This document shows, piece by piece, positions 19,278-29,206 of a DNA stretch of 64,000 nt (position 1 is the first letter of the stretch; the number at the start of each line of letters is the position of its first letter). Where the stretch lies: assembly GCA_963778655.1 (NCBI GenBank), contig CAVZVA010000010.1, positions 64,001 to 128,000 of the forward strand, read 5' to 3'. The stretch comes from an uncultured delta proteobacterium (lineage in GTDB: Bacteria > Myxococcota_A > Polyangia > Polyangiales > JAFGIB01). The translations under genes and the position numbers were made by a program. The notes beneath the pieces were generated by a model that had not been told where the DNA came from, ran no database searches, and saw nothing but the letters and a program-made list of their open reading frames with translations.

Positions 19278-19647
19278 TTAGTGGGGAGCGACCACGATGC
19301 TGCTATCGATGTTCACCGCCGTCTGCGCAAGCAGCCTGCCGTTGATCGACGCGCCGGTTCTCAGCGTGCCCGCCGTTTTGGTCAGAACGATTCCCTCGCA
19401 GTGCGCGGTCGTGCCGAGATCGACGAGGCCGGCCACCTGCCAGAAGACGTTCTTGGCCAGTGCCCCCCGGCCAGTAGCACCTTCGCGCCGCTGCTCATGG
19501 TGAAGTCCTGGGCGACCTGGAAGATCCAGACGTCGGTGGCGCTCCCGCTGAGAGTCACGTCCGCCGGATCTGAAGACCGGTGCCCCATTTGTATGCGCCC
19601 GGAGCAAGGGTCATCCCGCCAATGCCTCCAGCGCCCAGCTCGGTGAC
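19278..19647 (-). pseudogene. Ice-binding protein (DUF3494) C-terminal fragment with two frameshifts
   Basis: Three frames join as ELGAGGIGGMTLAPGAYKWGTGLQI / PADVTLSGSATDVWIFQVAQDFTMSSGAKVLLAGG / ALAKNVFWQVAGLVDLGTTAHCEGIVLTKTAGTLRTGASINGRLLAQTAV. Confidence 0.85.
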
Positions 19648-19763
19648 GCTCGCGATGAGCGAGAACAACAGGAACGCGCCTCCTGGTTTCCAAAGACACG
19701 ACTTCGAATGGATCATCTCGCTGATCTCCTTGAATCGCCACTTGCGATAGGAGACACGGACTC

Positions 19764-19922
19764 TCAGGTGACCCGACGGCCCATGATCACCCGAACGAGG
19801 ACCGCGATGATCGCCAGCACGAGCAACACGTGGATCAGCCCGCCCGCCGTAAAATGCAACGCGAAGCCGAGCACCCACATGAGGAAGAAAATGACGGCGA
19901 TGGCCCAAAGCAAATTCAACAT
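19764..19922 (-). CDS. lmo0937-family small membrane protein
   Basis: MLNLLWAIAVIFFLMWVLGFALHFTAGGLIHVLLVLAIIAVLVRVIMGRRVT; GGGGAG upstream. Confidence 0.85.
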   Translation of the reverse strand: MLNLLWAIAVIFFLMWVLGFALHFTAGGLIHVLLVLAIIAVLVRVIMGRRVT

Positions 19923-20091
19923 GACTCGCTCCCCCCTTCGGTGGTTGAGAAGCCCCATCGATCCTACTGCCACCTTGAAGTAAGCATGATGTGTGCGGCG
20001 GCAACTGGATTCGGATACGGCAACGCAGATCGAGCACGAAGGAGCGAAATCCGTCGCCTGGGCCCGGTGGTTTGTGGGATAAGAGGAGCCG

Positions 20092-21108
20092 ATGCTCCTC
20101 GCTCGCCGGCCCACCTGTATTGAGGGTATTGCATTCGCGCTCGCTTTCTTCGCAGCGCTCGCCGCGCACGCGCAGGAGAGAGCCGGCGTGGCAGCGCAGA
20201 ACGATGTGGGCGGCGGGCCCGACGCTCCCGGAGCGACGACGTCCCCGGAAACGCCGTCAGGCCAAGCCAACACCCAAGCGCAGCCCAGCAATTCGACCAA
20301 GCCCGAGGGGGCGGACGCGGAGCAGGCGGTGAAGCGGGTGAAGCAGGTGAAGCAGGCGGAGCTGACTCCGATCGTGGCGAGCCCGCAGGGCGCCACCAAG
20401 CCTGCCTACCAGCTCTTCACTCAGACGGACCTGCCGGTTCTCGGCATCGGGCTCGTGCTCGCGGGCTCGCGCCTGGTCCGCACCCAAGCCGCCTACTGCG
20501 CGCCGCTGTGCAACCGCAACGATCTCAACGCGTTCGATCGCACGACGGCGGGTTTTTGGAACACTGGTTGGTCGACTGCGTCCGACGTGGGCATCTATTC
20601 GCTGATGGGCGGCGCCGCCATCGTGCTCGCCATCGATGAAAGCCCGTGGCCAGCGCTGAACGACGCGGTCGTCATCACCGAGTCGGCGCTGATGGCCACC
20701 GGATTCTCGGCAGTCCTCGGGCTGGCAGCCGGCCGCCCGCGCCCGTTCCTCTACGGCACGAAGGCACCGCTCGACGAACGCAACAGCCCAAACGGGGGGC
20801 TTTCGTTCACGAGCAGCCATGCCTCGGTGAGCTTTGCGCTCGTCATGTCGCTGTTCGTGACCGAACAGCGGCTGCATCCAGGAGAGGCGTTCCCCTACGT
20901 CGTCTTGGGCGGCGGGTTGGCAGTCGCGTCCTTCGTCGCTACTGCGCGAGTCATGGCCGGTAGGCACTTTATCACGGACGCGATCGGCGGAGCCGTCATC
21001 GGCACGTCGGCCGGCATCCTCGTGCCGGCGCTTCACGGCTCGCCGGTCAAGGTCGTGCCCACGGTGACGCCGGAGGCGGGCGTCGTGAGCGTCGTCGGCA
21101 CGTTCTGA
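20092..21108 (+). CDS. PAP2-family phosphatase with signal peptide
   Basis: Signal peptide ending AHA; RPRP, SFTSSHAS, ARVMAGRHFITD. Confidence 0.85.
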   Translation: MLLARRPTCIEGIAFALAFFAALAAHAQERAGVAAQNDVGGGPDAPGATTSPETPSGQANTQAQPSNSTKPEGADAEQAVKRVKQVKQAELTPIVASPQGATKPAYQLFTQTDLPVLGIGLVLAGSRLVRTQAAYCAPLCNRNDLNAFDRTTAGFWNTGWSTASDVGIYSLMGGAAIVLAIDESPWPALNDAVVITESALMATGFSAVLGLAAGRPRPFLYGTKAPLDERNSPNGGLSFTSSHASVSFALVMSLFVTEQRLHPGEAFPYVVLGGGLAVASFVATARVMAGRHFITDAIGGAVIGTSAGILVPALHGSPVKVVPTVTPEAGVVSVVGTF

Positions 21109-21114
21109 CCAAGC

Positions 21115-22923
21115 TCACCCGGTATAGATCTCGAGCCCGATGGTCGTCCGGTACTGGGGATAGACCAAAGGCACACCCCTGAGCTGCGGTACCGGAAGAG
21201 CGATGTTGACGGGGTTGATGATGAAATAGAAGATGCGCGAGAGTTTCCACTCGACCGAGAGCGGGCTCGCGCCGATATACAGACCCAGGCTTCCCGAAGG
21301 TGCACCGTAGAGGTCCATCAGCAAGTACGAAGCCCCGGCGCTGAGGCTCATGCGAAGGTTGAAGTTCTCATAGGCGAGCGGGAATCGCAGCATCGCCGTT
21401 CCGTAGACGTTCACGACGCCTTTCCTGACCGTGGTGCCGTTGAAGGCAATCCATGGATTCCACTCCCCGTCCAAGCCGAAGGTCCATGCCTCGGTCGCAC
21501 GCAAGCGCAGGCCGAAGGTGCCCGCGAGCGCGGCCTTTTCGACCGAGCCCGACAACCCCGCGTAGGCACCAACGGCGACCTGCGATTGATCGACAGGCCC
21601 GGGCTGCTTGACGGGAACGACCGTTGGCGGCGGCGGAGCTTGACCGGCCTCCACGGTCGGGGTCGTGATCGTCGTGGTCGTCGTCGTGGGCGTGGTCTTG
21701 ACGGTCGCGGTCGTCGGAGCCGTGCCCGGCTCTTCCGACGGGGTCGTTGTGGTCGTGGTGGTCGTCTCCGTCGGCGGCTCCGCCCGGGCTGCGGCCGCAC
21801 CGAGACACAGCGCGCCCAGGACGCCCAGCGCCGCAACGCCGCGGCCCGTTCGCCGTCGCCGCCGCCTTGCGCGCCAGGCCATCGCGAAAACGAGGAGCAC
21901 GGCGCCCCCGAACATGAAGCCCCGACCTCCGCGGCCGGCCGCCACTCTGCAGCCGCACCCGGCCGCGTTCCTGTACTGATTCTCTGGTGCGTCGCACCAA
22001 TCGTTGTCGTACGTGCAGCCGGGCGAGTAGCTCAGATAGGTGTCGAGCACTGCGTCGACTGCGGCCATTTTCTCATCCTTCGTCTTGTTCGGGTCGAGGG
22101 TGGCGCGAAGAAAGGCAGTAGCGGCCTCCATCGCGAGCAGATGCCGAGTCTTCCGCAGCTCATCGGGATCGTCGCAACGGTCCATCGCGGTCGCGTGTCC
22201 AGGCCCATCGCGTGATTCGACGAGGGTGCCGTTCACTTGATCGAGCCAATTCAACACCACCGTGATCTTCTTCGAGTCAGCGCTTCGGTAGGTGTGCGAA
22301 AAGCTGTCCTCGATCGCATGAATCGCCTGACCTGCGGCGACGTAATAGGTGGGAAGAGGCGCATGCACTTGACCGCGGATCGAGAGGTGAATGCTCATTG
22401 TCGTGCGCTTGCTCACATCGGGCATGCCTTCGCCGTCGAGGCCTCCGATCGCGGTCGACGCTCGCTCGCGAATGAACGCACGGCACCTGTCGACTGCCGC
22501 CTTCGAGCCGTCCGGCTCTTTGTCGTTCTGCCCTCGCAGGCAGTGCTCCTGCTGGGCGTTGGGGTCGCCATGAACCTCGGCAAGCTCGCTAAGATCGTCC
22601 GACGAGCGCCCCTTCAAGTCGTTGTCTCTAACCGCGACGATGAGCGTGGCGCCACCGAGATCCCGCATGTCATCGTCCAGCGTGAACTGCACGTCATCGA
22701 TCAGCGCGCGCTCATCCCTTGTCGCCTCGAGTGGAGCGGCCGTTGCGAGATCTTTTCGCACCGTGCGGAGCGCAGCGGAGGTCATCGCCTCGTGGCACCC
22801 GGGCGAGAGCTCGTTCGAGATCGTGTACGCGTCGGCGGTGCTCGGGATGACTCCGAGCACGACCGAGGCGAGCAACGCGCCAAGTCGGCGTCGCCTTCGG
22901 CGCCCATCTTCAGGGTTGGTCAT
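21115..22923 (-). CDS. Secreted Zn-PLC/HET-C-like domain + internal MYXO-CTERM-like anchor + second signal peptide + outer-membrane beta-barrel-like domain
   Basis: Signal ending ADA; GCHE, QEHCLR, GQAIHAIEDSFSH; GCGCRV...hydrophobic...RARRRRRR; VAALGVLGALCLGAAAARA|E; Thr-rich linker; amphipathic strands ending TTIGLEIY. Confidence 0.7.
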   Translation of the reverse strand: MTNPEDGRRRRRRLGALLASVVLGVIPSTADAYTISNELSPGCHEAMTSAALRTVRKDLATAAPLEATRDERALIDDVQFTLDDDMRDLGGATLIVAVRDNDLKGRSSDDLSELAEVHGDPNAQQEHCLRGQNDKEPDGSKAAVDRCRAFIRERASTAIGGLDGEGMPDVSKRTTMSIHLSIRGQVHAPLPTYYVAAGQAIHAIEDSFSHTYRSADSKKITVVLNWLDQVNGTLVESRDGPGHATAMDRCDDPDELRKTRHLLAMEAATAFLRATLDPNKTKDEKMAAVDAVLDTYLSYSPGCTYDNDWCDAPENQYRNAAGCGCRVAAGRGGRGFMFGGAVLLVFAMAWRARRRRRRTGRGVAALGVLGALCLGAAAARAEPPTETTTTTTTTPSEEPGTAPTTATVKTTPTTTTTTITTPTVEAGQAPPPPTVVPVKQPGPVDQSQVAVGAYAGLSGSVEKAALAGTFGLRLRATEAWTFGLDGEWNPWIAFNGTTVRKGVVNVYGTAMLRFPLAYENFNLRMSLSAGASYLLMDLYGAPSGSLGLYIGASPLSVEWKLSRIFYFIINPVNIALPVPQLRGVPLVYPQYRTTIGLEIYTG

Positions 22924-22984
22924 TCGCGTTCCTCGCTCGTTCATGGTCCCGCACATATTCGCCGCAGCGCGGCGGAGCTCGGGC

Positions 22985-23221
22985 TCAGTGGCGATCATCG
23001 TCGTGGTGCTCTTGCTGATCCCAGCCGTGATGATCTTGGTCGTGACGACCTTGATCGTGATGCTCGTGGTCTCGGTCCCCACGCCCGTGCTCCGAGTGCT
23101 CGCGATGCTCGCGGTATTGCCCGTGGCGCGGACGCTGGGGCGGTGAGCGCACCCACAAGCCGCAGCCGGCAGTCGAGAGAACGAGACACGTAACGAGTAC
23201 CAGCCAATCGGGGCGGATCAT
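22985..23221 (-). CDS. Small His/Asp-rich lipoprotein
   Basis: MIRPDWLVLVTCLVLSTAGC then HREHSEHGRGDRDHEHHDQGRHDQDHHGWDQQEHHDDDRH. Confidence 0.55.
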   Translation of the reverse strand: MIRPDWLVLVTCLVLSTAGCGLWVRSPPQRPRHGQYREHREHSEHGRGDRDHEHHDQGRHDQDHHGWDQQEHHDDDRH

Positions 23222-23417
23222 GCGCAGCGCCTTCCTTGCCACTAGGTAGTCACCGTACCCACCGCCGCCAAATCCGACGATGCGCGAGCTCGGCCGCCCG
23301 CTTGCAGGATGGCTGCTCACCCAGGGCATCACCGAAGACGTCTGCGGTACCGACATCGCCGGCGCGTGGAAGCTGTGAATCGATCAGAGCTGCATCGCCC
23401 TTGCGGGAGGCGCGCAG

Positions 23418-23975
23418 TCACTCGTGGCCGTGGTCCGAGTGTCCGGCGGGCGGCCCTGGGCGGCCCCTTGCGTCGTTACGGGACGAATCGGGGCGGCCCC
23501 GTGAGTCGGGGCGCGGTGAATCCAAGCGCCCGCGCGAGTCGGGGCGCCCGCGCGAGCCGCGGGCGGGCGAGTCGGGGCGCCCCCGTGAGTCGGGGCGCGG
23601 TGAATCGGGACGCCTGCGTGAATCGTGGCGTCCGCGTGAATCGCGGCGCTCTTGCGGTGCCCGATAGGAGGGGCCCGGACGTTCCCGCGCCTGAGGGTGC
23701 GCGCGTGGTGCCCAGTGGCGCTGCACCCGATACCGACGCAGCGGCTCCGGCTCCTGATGCCAATAGACCCAGGTCGTGCCACGCCGGTAGTACCAACGAT
23801 CATTGACGAAGTAGACCACGCGTCCATCATAGACCGTGTGAGGGTAGCGCTCGATACCCTCTGGCACGTACTGCACTTCTACGTAAGCCGGCTCGCTGCT
23901 CCAAAAACCGCAGCCAGCGACCGTGAGCCATAGGCTCAAGCCTAGAGCGCGCGGAAACCGGAGCGAAACAAGCAC
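23418..23975 (-). CDS. Lipoprotein with a Tyr/Trp-rich module and a repetitive PDSRGR tail
   Basis: LTVAGC lipobox; YPHTVYDGRVVYFVNDRWYYRRGTTWVYW; repeated DSRGRPDSPRP. Confidence 0.65.
   Translation of the reverse strand: MLVSLRFPRALGLSLWLTVAGCGFWSSEPAYVEVQYVPEGIERYPHTVYDGRVVYFVNDRWYYRRGTTWVYWHQEPEPLRRYRVQRHWAPRAHPQARERPGPSYRAPQERRDSRGRHDSRRRPDSPRPDSRGRPDSPARGSRGRPDSRGRLDSPRPDSRGRPDSSRNDARGRPGPPAGHSDHGHE
23484..23648. repeat. Degenerate ~15-18 bp tandem repeats (coding)
   Basis: Repeated GA(G/A)TCG(G/C)GGCG cores; CCCCGTGAGTCGGGGCGCGGTGAATC occurs twice. Confidence 0.7.
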
Positions 23976-23982
23976 GAGTCTC

Positions 23983-24282
23983 CTACTTGTTAGCCTGGCG
24001 GCGCGCGGCGCCCTTCAGCTTCTTGAGCGTGCCTTCGGCCTGCATCTGCTCGTTGTCGATGAGGGCACCTACGCGCTTCTTCACCGAGCCAGAAACCTCT
24101 TCGATTTTACCTCGGGCACGTTCGCTCCCCTTGGCAAGCTCTTGCTTGGCCTTGCCCTTGATCGCTCTAAAACGGCCCTCGACCTCCATCTGCTGGTTGC
24201 CGATCGCCTTGCCGAAGCTGGCCTTCGCCTTACCGGTCAGCTCTTCCACTTTGCCCTTGGTGCGGTCGCTTGTGTTGCCCAT
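23983..24282 (-). CDS. CsbD family protein (two CsbD units)
   Basis: DRTKGKVEELTGKAKASFGKAIGNQQMEVEG and GKIEEVSGSVKKRVGALIDNEQMQAEG; GGAGG RBS. Confidence 0.88.
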   Translation of the reverse strand: MGNTSDRTKGKVEELTGKAKASFGKAIGNQQMEVEGRFRAIKGKAKQELAKGSERARGKIEEVSGSVKKRVGALIDNEQMQAEGTLKKLKGAARRQANK

Positions 24283-24379
24283 GATGGTGCCTCCGGTTTT
24301 GTCGCGTGCGATGCAAACAAAGAGATAGACGCCGTCTCGAAGGCCGTCAACGCGGAGTCAAGGCTGCTGCGGGCGGACG

Positions 24380-24526
24380 TCAGGCTCGGCGACGTTGAAA
24401 GACCTGCATGAGCACGACGACGATCGCGAGGATGAGCAGCACGTGGATGAATCCACCCATGGTATACGCGCTCACTAGACCGAGTGCCCACAGCACGAGA
24501 AGAATGACGGCGATGGTCCAAAGCAT
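24380..24526 (-). CDS. lmo0937-family small membrane protein (second copy)
   Basis: Hand-translated MLWTIAVILLVLWALGLVSAYTMGGFIHVLLILAIVVVLMQVFQRRRA; GGAGG RBS; too short for the ORF track. Confidence 0.88.
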   Translation of the reverse strand: MLWTIAVILLVLWALGLVSAYTMGGFIHVLLILAIVVVLMQVFQRRRA

Positions 24527-24689
24527 GGCTGCCTCCACTCAGGAGCGGTAATCCGCTGTCCCGGTGTAGCTTAGGTACGTCCCGCGGCACGCCTGTCAAG
24601 CGGAGCCGGAGGCCTCCGACTCGCCTATCCGCGGCGCCCGTGTCCACACGTCATTCGCCACGCGGCATTGCCCTCGAGCAAGATGCACA

Positions 24690-24762
24690 GGCTCTGGGGC
24701 TTTCGGATCCACACAAGGCCATGATGCAGATGGCCATGTTCATGAAGAACGTGTCCATGCTC
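24690..24762 (+). pseudogene. DoxX-family C-terminal remnant
   Basis: SDPHKAMMQMAMFMKNVSML resembles the DoxX 'Q..F.KN.S..G' segment. Confidence 0.5.
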
Positions 24763-24838
24763 CCGAGCTCATGGGTCGCGGCTCGGTCGGCGATTGCGGT
24801 CGTGCCTGGCGTGTCTATTGCATCTGTCAGGGCCCACG

Positions 24839-26825
24839 ATGAGCTCGAATGCATTTCAGCGCTTTTTCGCCCATCGCCCGTGGCTTGGGCGTCTCGGGCT
24901 CGGCGTGATCCTGGGCCTACTCGGGCTCGAGCTCGTCTACGTGGCCACGGCCAATACCATCCTCGGCACGAGGAGCCTCGACCGCTGGGTGACCGGTGCG
25001 ACCCCAGGTCTGAGCCTGAAGGTCGAATCGGGTTGGACGCTGTGGCCTGGACGCGTGCACCTCCGGCGCTTGGAGCTTCACTTCGAGGACCACAACCTTC
25101 AAATTCTCGGTGTCGATGGACACCGCCGTGGTCGACATTCGGCTCTGGCAGCTGCCTGGCAAGACCTTTCATCTGACCCGCGTGCGCGCCGAAGGGGTGC
25201 GCTATCTCTTTCGACACAAGGTCGCTGACACCGAAGGCATCGAACGCAGGCTCGCCCTCTATCCGAAGATCGCCGGCTTCTCGGATCCCCCGCTGTTCAC
25301 AGAGCCGAAGCGTCCACCGCTGAGCGATGAACAGTACGATCTGTGGACGATTCAGCTGGAAGACGTCGACGCGGATGTCAAAGAGCTGTGGTTTCTCGAG
25401 TATAGGTTTACCGGCACGGGTCGTGCGAAGGGCGGCTTTCGACTCCAGCCGGAGCGTGACGCGCGTACCGATTGGTGTTCTCTCACGCTCGACGGAGCGT
25501 TGCATGTGGGCAAGCAGGCCGTGGCGTCGCGGCTCACCGGCCGCATCCAAGCTCAGCTCGACCGACACGATCCACGTGTGGTTTTCGGAGCACAAATCTT
25601 CACGAAGCTTTCGTTCGACGCCGACCTGCGCGCGGCGATTGCCGGTCTCGAGCCGACTGAGCTCTACGCCAGCGCGGACGGCCCGCACTTGAGCCGCGGC
25701 ATGGGCACGCTGCGCGTGCTCGCCAAGCTCAGGCATGGCGCATGGATGAAGACCACCGAGCTTCGCTACAACACAGCGGGAGTGACCCTGTCACAGGGCC
25801 ACCTGGTCGTCGCGGGCGCGCTGAGCTCGAGTGTAGACCTCATCAAGGCGGGAAGAGCGGCGCTGTTCGAGCTGTCGGCCAGCTCGGCGCGGCTGAAGCT
25901 ATCCTTCAAGGGTTCGCCCAAAGCGCTCGAGGGCCCGACCGCTCACGATGTTCACGTGAGCACCGAGGTGTCTGCGGATCTGGCCGGCGAGATTCGCCAG
26001 ACTTCCATGAATGCTAGCGCCAAGGCGCAGCTCCCAGAGCTCGCCTGGCTCAACTATGCGTTCAGCAGCAGCAAGTTGCTTACGGGCGGCAGCGGCCAGG
26101 CAAACGCAACGCTCGAGTGGAACGCGGGCAAAAGTGCAAAGGTCCAGGCTGCGCTCGAGGTGAAGAACGCCGGCTTCAATCTCGGAACAATACCGATGCT
26201 GCTCTCCGGATCCGCGGGGGCAGCGGTCAGGTACGACCCAAAGACCAAGCAAGGTCATGCCAGCCGATTCGGGCTCGAGCTTCCGCAGCTCGCCGCTCTG
26301 GTCAAGAACAAATGGACCCCACTTCCTGGCGGATTCCAGGCGCACGCTGAACGACTCAGTTGGCACGGCCTGCCTCCCCGGCGCTCGCGGGGTCGCTTCG
26401 AGCTGCACAGCGGGACCATCAAACCGTGGGTGCCTCTCCTGATCCGGTCGGGCTTCACCCGCAGCATTGCCATGGCGCTGGTCAACTTGGGCAAAGCGCA
26501 CGCAATTGTGGAATTCGACCGCACGCCCGCCGCGCTGGTGCTGCGGCTAGAGGAATTTCAAAGCGGCGACGTGCGAGGCACCGGCATTCTCAGGGACCAG
26601 ACGGACCAAGAGCATCCGTGCGGCAGGTTCTTCGTGAGCTCTCCGAAGCTGGGCGTGGGCATCGTGCTGTACAACGGAGCCACCTCGGTCAGGCCCTTCG
26701 TGTCGGGCAACTGGTGGCGCGAGCGGCCGCCCATCGAGAGCTGTGGCCCCGAGGTTGCAGACAATCGCAGGATTTTCGCCAGCAGCACGCCAAATCCGCG
26801 ACCCGAGGCGCCAGAACACCAGTGA
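24839..26825 (+). CDS. Membrane-anchored beta-rich (AsmA-like) hypothetical protein, split by a 1-nt frameshift near 25102
   Basis: MSSNAFQ...TM...GWTLWPGRVHLRRLELHFEDHNLQ continues as FSVSMDTAVVDIRLW if one A is removed from CAAATTC. Confidence 0.65.
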
Positions 26826-26847
26826 TCTACCAGATCGCCCCTCCTCG

Positions 26848-27783
26848 CTAGGAAGCGGTTTCAGCAGCCGCGCGGCGTCGCCTACGCGGCTGCCCCATCG
26901 GCCGGAGCTCGGCGTGCGGCGCGGGGTCGGGATCCCGGCCGGCGCGAGCGCAGAGCACCCGCGTCAGTGACGCGCCGAGCAGGAGCACCTGCGCCTCGTA
27001 ATAGCACCAGAACAAGAATGCGGCGATCGAACCCACGGCACCCGCGACCCATGCGGGCGCGATGCGTGAAAAATACAGACCGAGTAGCCAGCTGCCGAGC
27101 AACATCATCGCCGCGGTCAATGCGGCGGCGCGCCATACGTCGCGCCAGCGAACGCTCGCGTCGGGTAGCAACTTGTAGATGAGAGTGACGACTACGCTCA
27201 GCAGCAGGAAGGACAGCAGAGACTGCTCCAGAAAGATCAAGCGACCCGCCTGCGATTTCAAGTGGAGCCACTGCAGCACGGATCCGCGCACGTCCGACAG
27301 CGCGGTCTGCACCACCAGAACGATCAGAAGCAGCGCGCCGCAGCCAGTCACCATCGCGAATGAAATCAGCCGTTTGACGGCCACGCGCTTGGCCGTCGCA
27401 AGCATGCTCTCGGCCAGCACCACCTGCACCCCCCAGATCGCATTGAGCGCCTCTTGTAGGACCATGAACAAGCGGCTGGCCGCCCAGATCAAAAACACGG
27501 TTGCGAGCACCGTGGCCCAACCGCTGCCCTGCCGCCGCGTCGAGTCGAGCAGCTCGAGCACCAGCCTCGAGATGCCGTGGCTCGAGCCGCGCTCCACGCT
27601 CGAGAGCAGGGCACGACGCGCGTGGTCGGGGTCGACCACCAGGCCTGCGATGCCGACGGCGATCACGAACAGCGGCGCGAGCGCGAGCAGCGAATAGAGC
27701 GAAAAGGCGGCCGCGAGGAGATGCCCGTGCTCGTCGCTGTAGCGCTCCCAGGTTGCGGTCAGCACTGCCCAAAGCCGCTTCAT
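26848..27783 (-). CDS. YihY/virulence factor BrkB family membrane protein
   Basis: LAAAFSLYSLLALAPL, LQEALNAIW, YKLLPD, W.YY.AQVLLLGA. Confidence 0.92.
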   Translation of the reverse strand: MKRLWAVLTATWERYSDEHGHLLAAAFSLYSLLALAPLFVIAVGIAGLVVDPDHARRALLSSVERGSSHGISRLVLELLDSTRRQGSGWATVLATVFLIWAASRLFMVLQEALNAIWGVQVVLAESMLATAKRVAVKRLISFAMVTGCGALLLIVLVVQTALSDVRGSVLQWLHLKSQAGRLIFLEQSLLSFLLLSVVVTLIYKLLPDASVRWRDVWRAAALTAAMMLLGSWLLGLYFSRIAPAWVAGAVGSIAAFLFWCYYEAQVLLLGASLTRVLCARAGRDPDPAPHAELRPMGQPRRRRRAAAETAS

Positions 27784-27805
27784 CGCTCACCTCGCCGGTC
27801 CCCAG

Positions 27806-28942
27806 CTACGCCCGAACGATGAAGCGAATCACGTCCTGCCACAAGCGTTCGAAACCGCTGCGATCGAAACGACATCCACTGGCAAGCCAATCATAGTGCG
27901 GCGGCACTTGCTCCGGACCCGCGAAATGACCGATCGCGTCAAAGTGATCGGCTTTGGCCAAGTGGATCATCTCGCCCCATACCTGGGAGAGCGACGGCAC
28001 GATTCCGTCGTTGTCTTGCGCCGTCGGCACGGCGCCGAAGGCGTGCTCGAGCTGCGCGATCTGGACAGGGGTCAGGACCGGCAGATATTGATCGTTCATC
28101 GCACCCGTGACTTTGCGCAAAGCGCCAAACAGGAAGTGCGCGGCCTGAGCGTAGGGATCGAGGCCCACGCGCAACACGCCCCCGAGCGACATCGGTTCCG
28201 TGCTCGTGACCACGGAGCCGCAGCGGATACCTGCTCGGTTCTCCACCGCCGCGTCGAAAATGTCCATCGAGTCGGGCATCAGCTGGGGCATGAGTGCCTG
28301 GTCCTGCGCGATGTCTTTGAACAGTCCTGCCAGCTCGTCGCGCCGATCAGCCGAAAAATCGCCGAGCATCTGATTGAACAATTGGTCGGCAAGCGTGTGC
28401 TCGAAGCGACCCAGGCGACCGTGCAGGTGCACGAACAGTGTCGCGAGTCGGATCACGACCGAGAGCGGAAGCCTGCCGAAGCGCAGGACGTAGAGCGTGC
28501 CGAGCGACAGCAGACTGAGCAACTGCTCTCCGAAGCGCGTGGTGAAAAAGCTCGCCAGCGGCGTGCCTCGATGGGGGGTAGCGATAGTCACGATTGAGCG
28601 TACGCGGCGTGCCATCTGCTCGACGTTCTCGGCGGCACCCAGACTGGTTCCGGGCGTGCAGAGCAGTCTGGCGTCGAGCCCGCCGGTGGAGTGCCCGATT
28701 AGGTGCAGCGGTTCGTCGCCGAGGCCCGCCTCCTTCGCAATCGTCTCCGCCAAACGAAGGGTGCGCTTGCGCACGGACGACGTTGCATAATTGCGCACGG
28801 GATGAATCCGTACATCGATGCCAAGCTCCTCGAACGAGCGCGCGAGCAGCTCGCGCACGTGCCCGAAGTAGACGACCTCTCCGAGGTTCTCGATCCCCAG
28901 AAACCCCGGTATCAAGAAGATGTGTTGCGTTCGGCTGGTCAT
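27806..28942 (-). CDS. Lipase-like alpha/beta hydrolase
   Basis: IFLIPGFLG, LIGHSTGGLDAR, IATPHRGTPLA, NDGIVP..SQ, ADHFDAIGH. Confidence 0.88.
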   Translation of the reverse strand: MTSRTQHIFLIPGFLGIENLGEVVYFGHVRELLARSFEELGIDVRIHPVRNYATSSVRKRTLRLAETIAKEAGLGDEPLHLIGHSTGGLDARLLCTPGTSLGAAENVEQMARRVRSIVTIATPHRGTPLASFFTTRFGEQLLSLLSLGTLYVLRFGRLPLSVVIRLATLFVHLHGRLGRFEHTLADQLFNQMLGDFSADRRDELAGLFKDIAQDQALMPQLMPDSMDIFDAAVENRAGIRCGSVVTSTEPMSLGGVLRVGLDPYAQAAHFLFGALRKVTGAMNDQYLPVLTPVQIAQLEHAFGAVPTAQDNDGIVPSLSQVWGEMIHLAKADHFDAIGHFAGPEQVPPHYDWLASGCRFDRSGFERLWQDVIRFIVRA

Positions 28943-29206
28943 GGCACCACCTCGTGACTGAACCACGAACCCTTGCGCTTGCCAATCTCGGCGACCACGG
29001 GCGACCACGGGCATGACTTCGCGCAACCGAGTGAGCTTGCACTCAGGGCGCAGGCACGCCCCCGAAATGGCCCAGTAGACCAACGCCCGATCGCGCCAGG
29101 CGCAGTCAGACCGATCCGATCTCGCAGACAGCTTGCTCACGGCTGCGAACGTCGCCCGAGCTTTGTTGCAAATGGCTCCTGGCAGCGGGCCCCAAACCGA
29201 GTGCTG

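Noticed and set aside
23484..23648. CRISPR-like array
   Set aside because: Short degenerate coding repeats with no unique spacers and no cas genes
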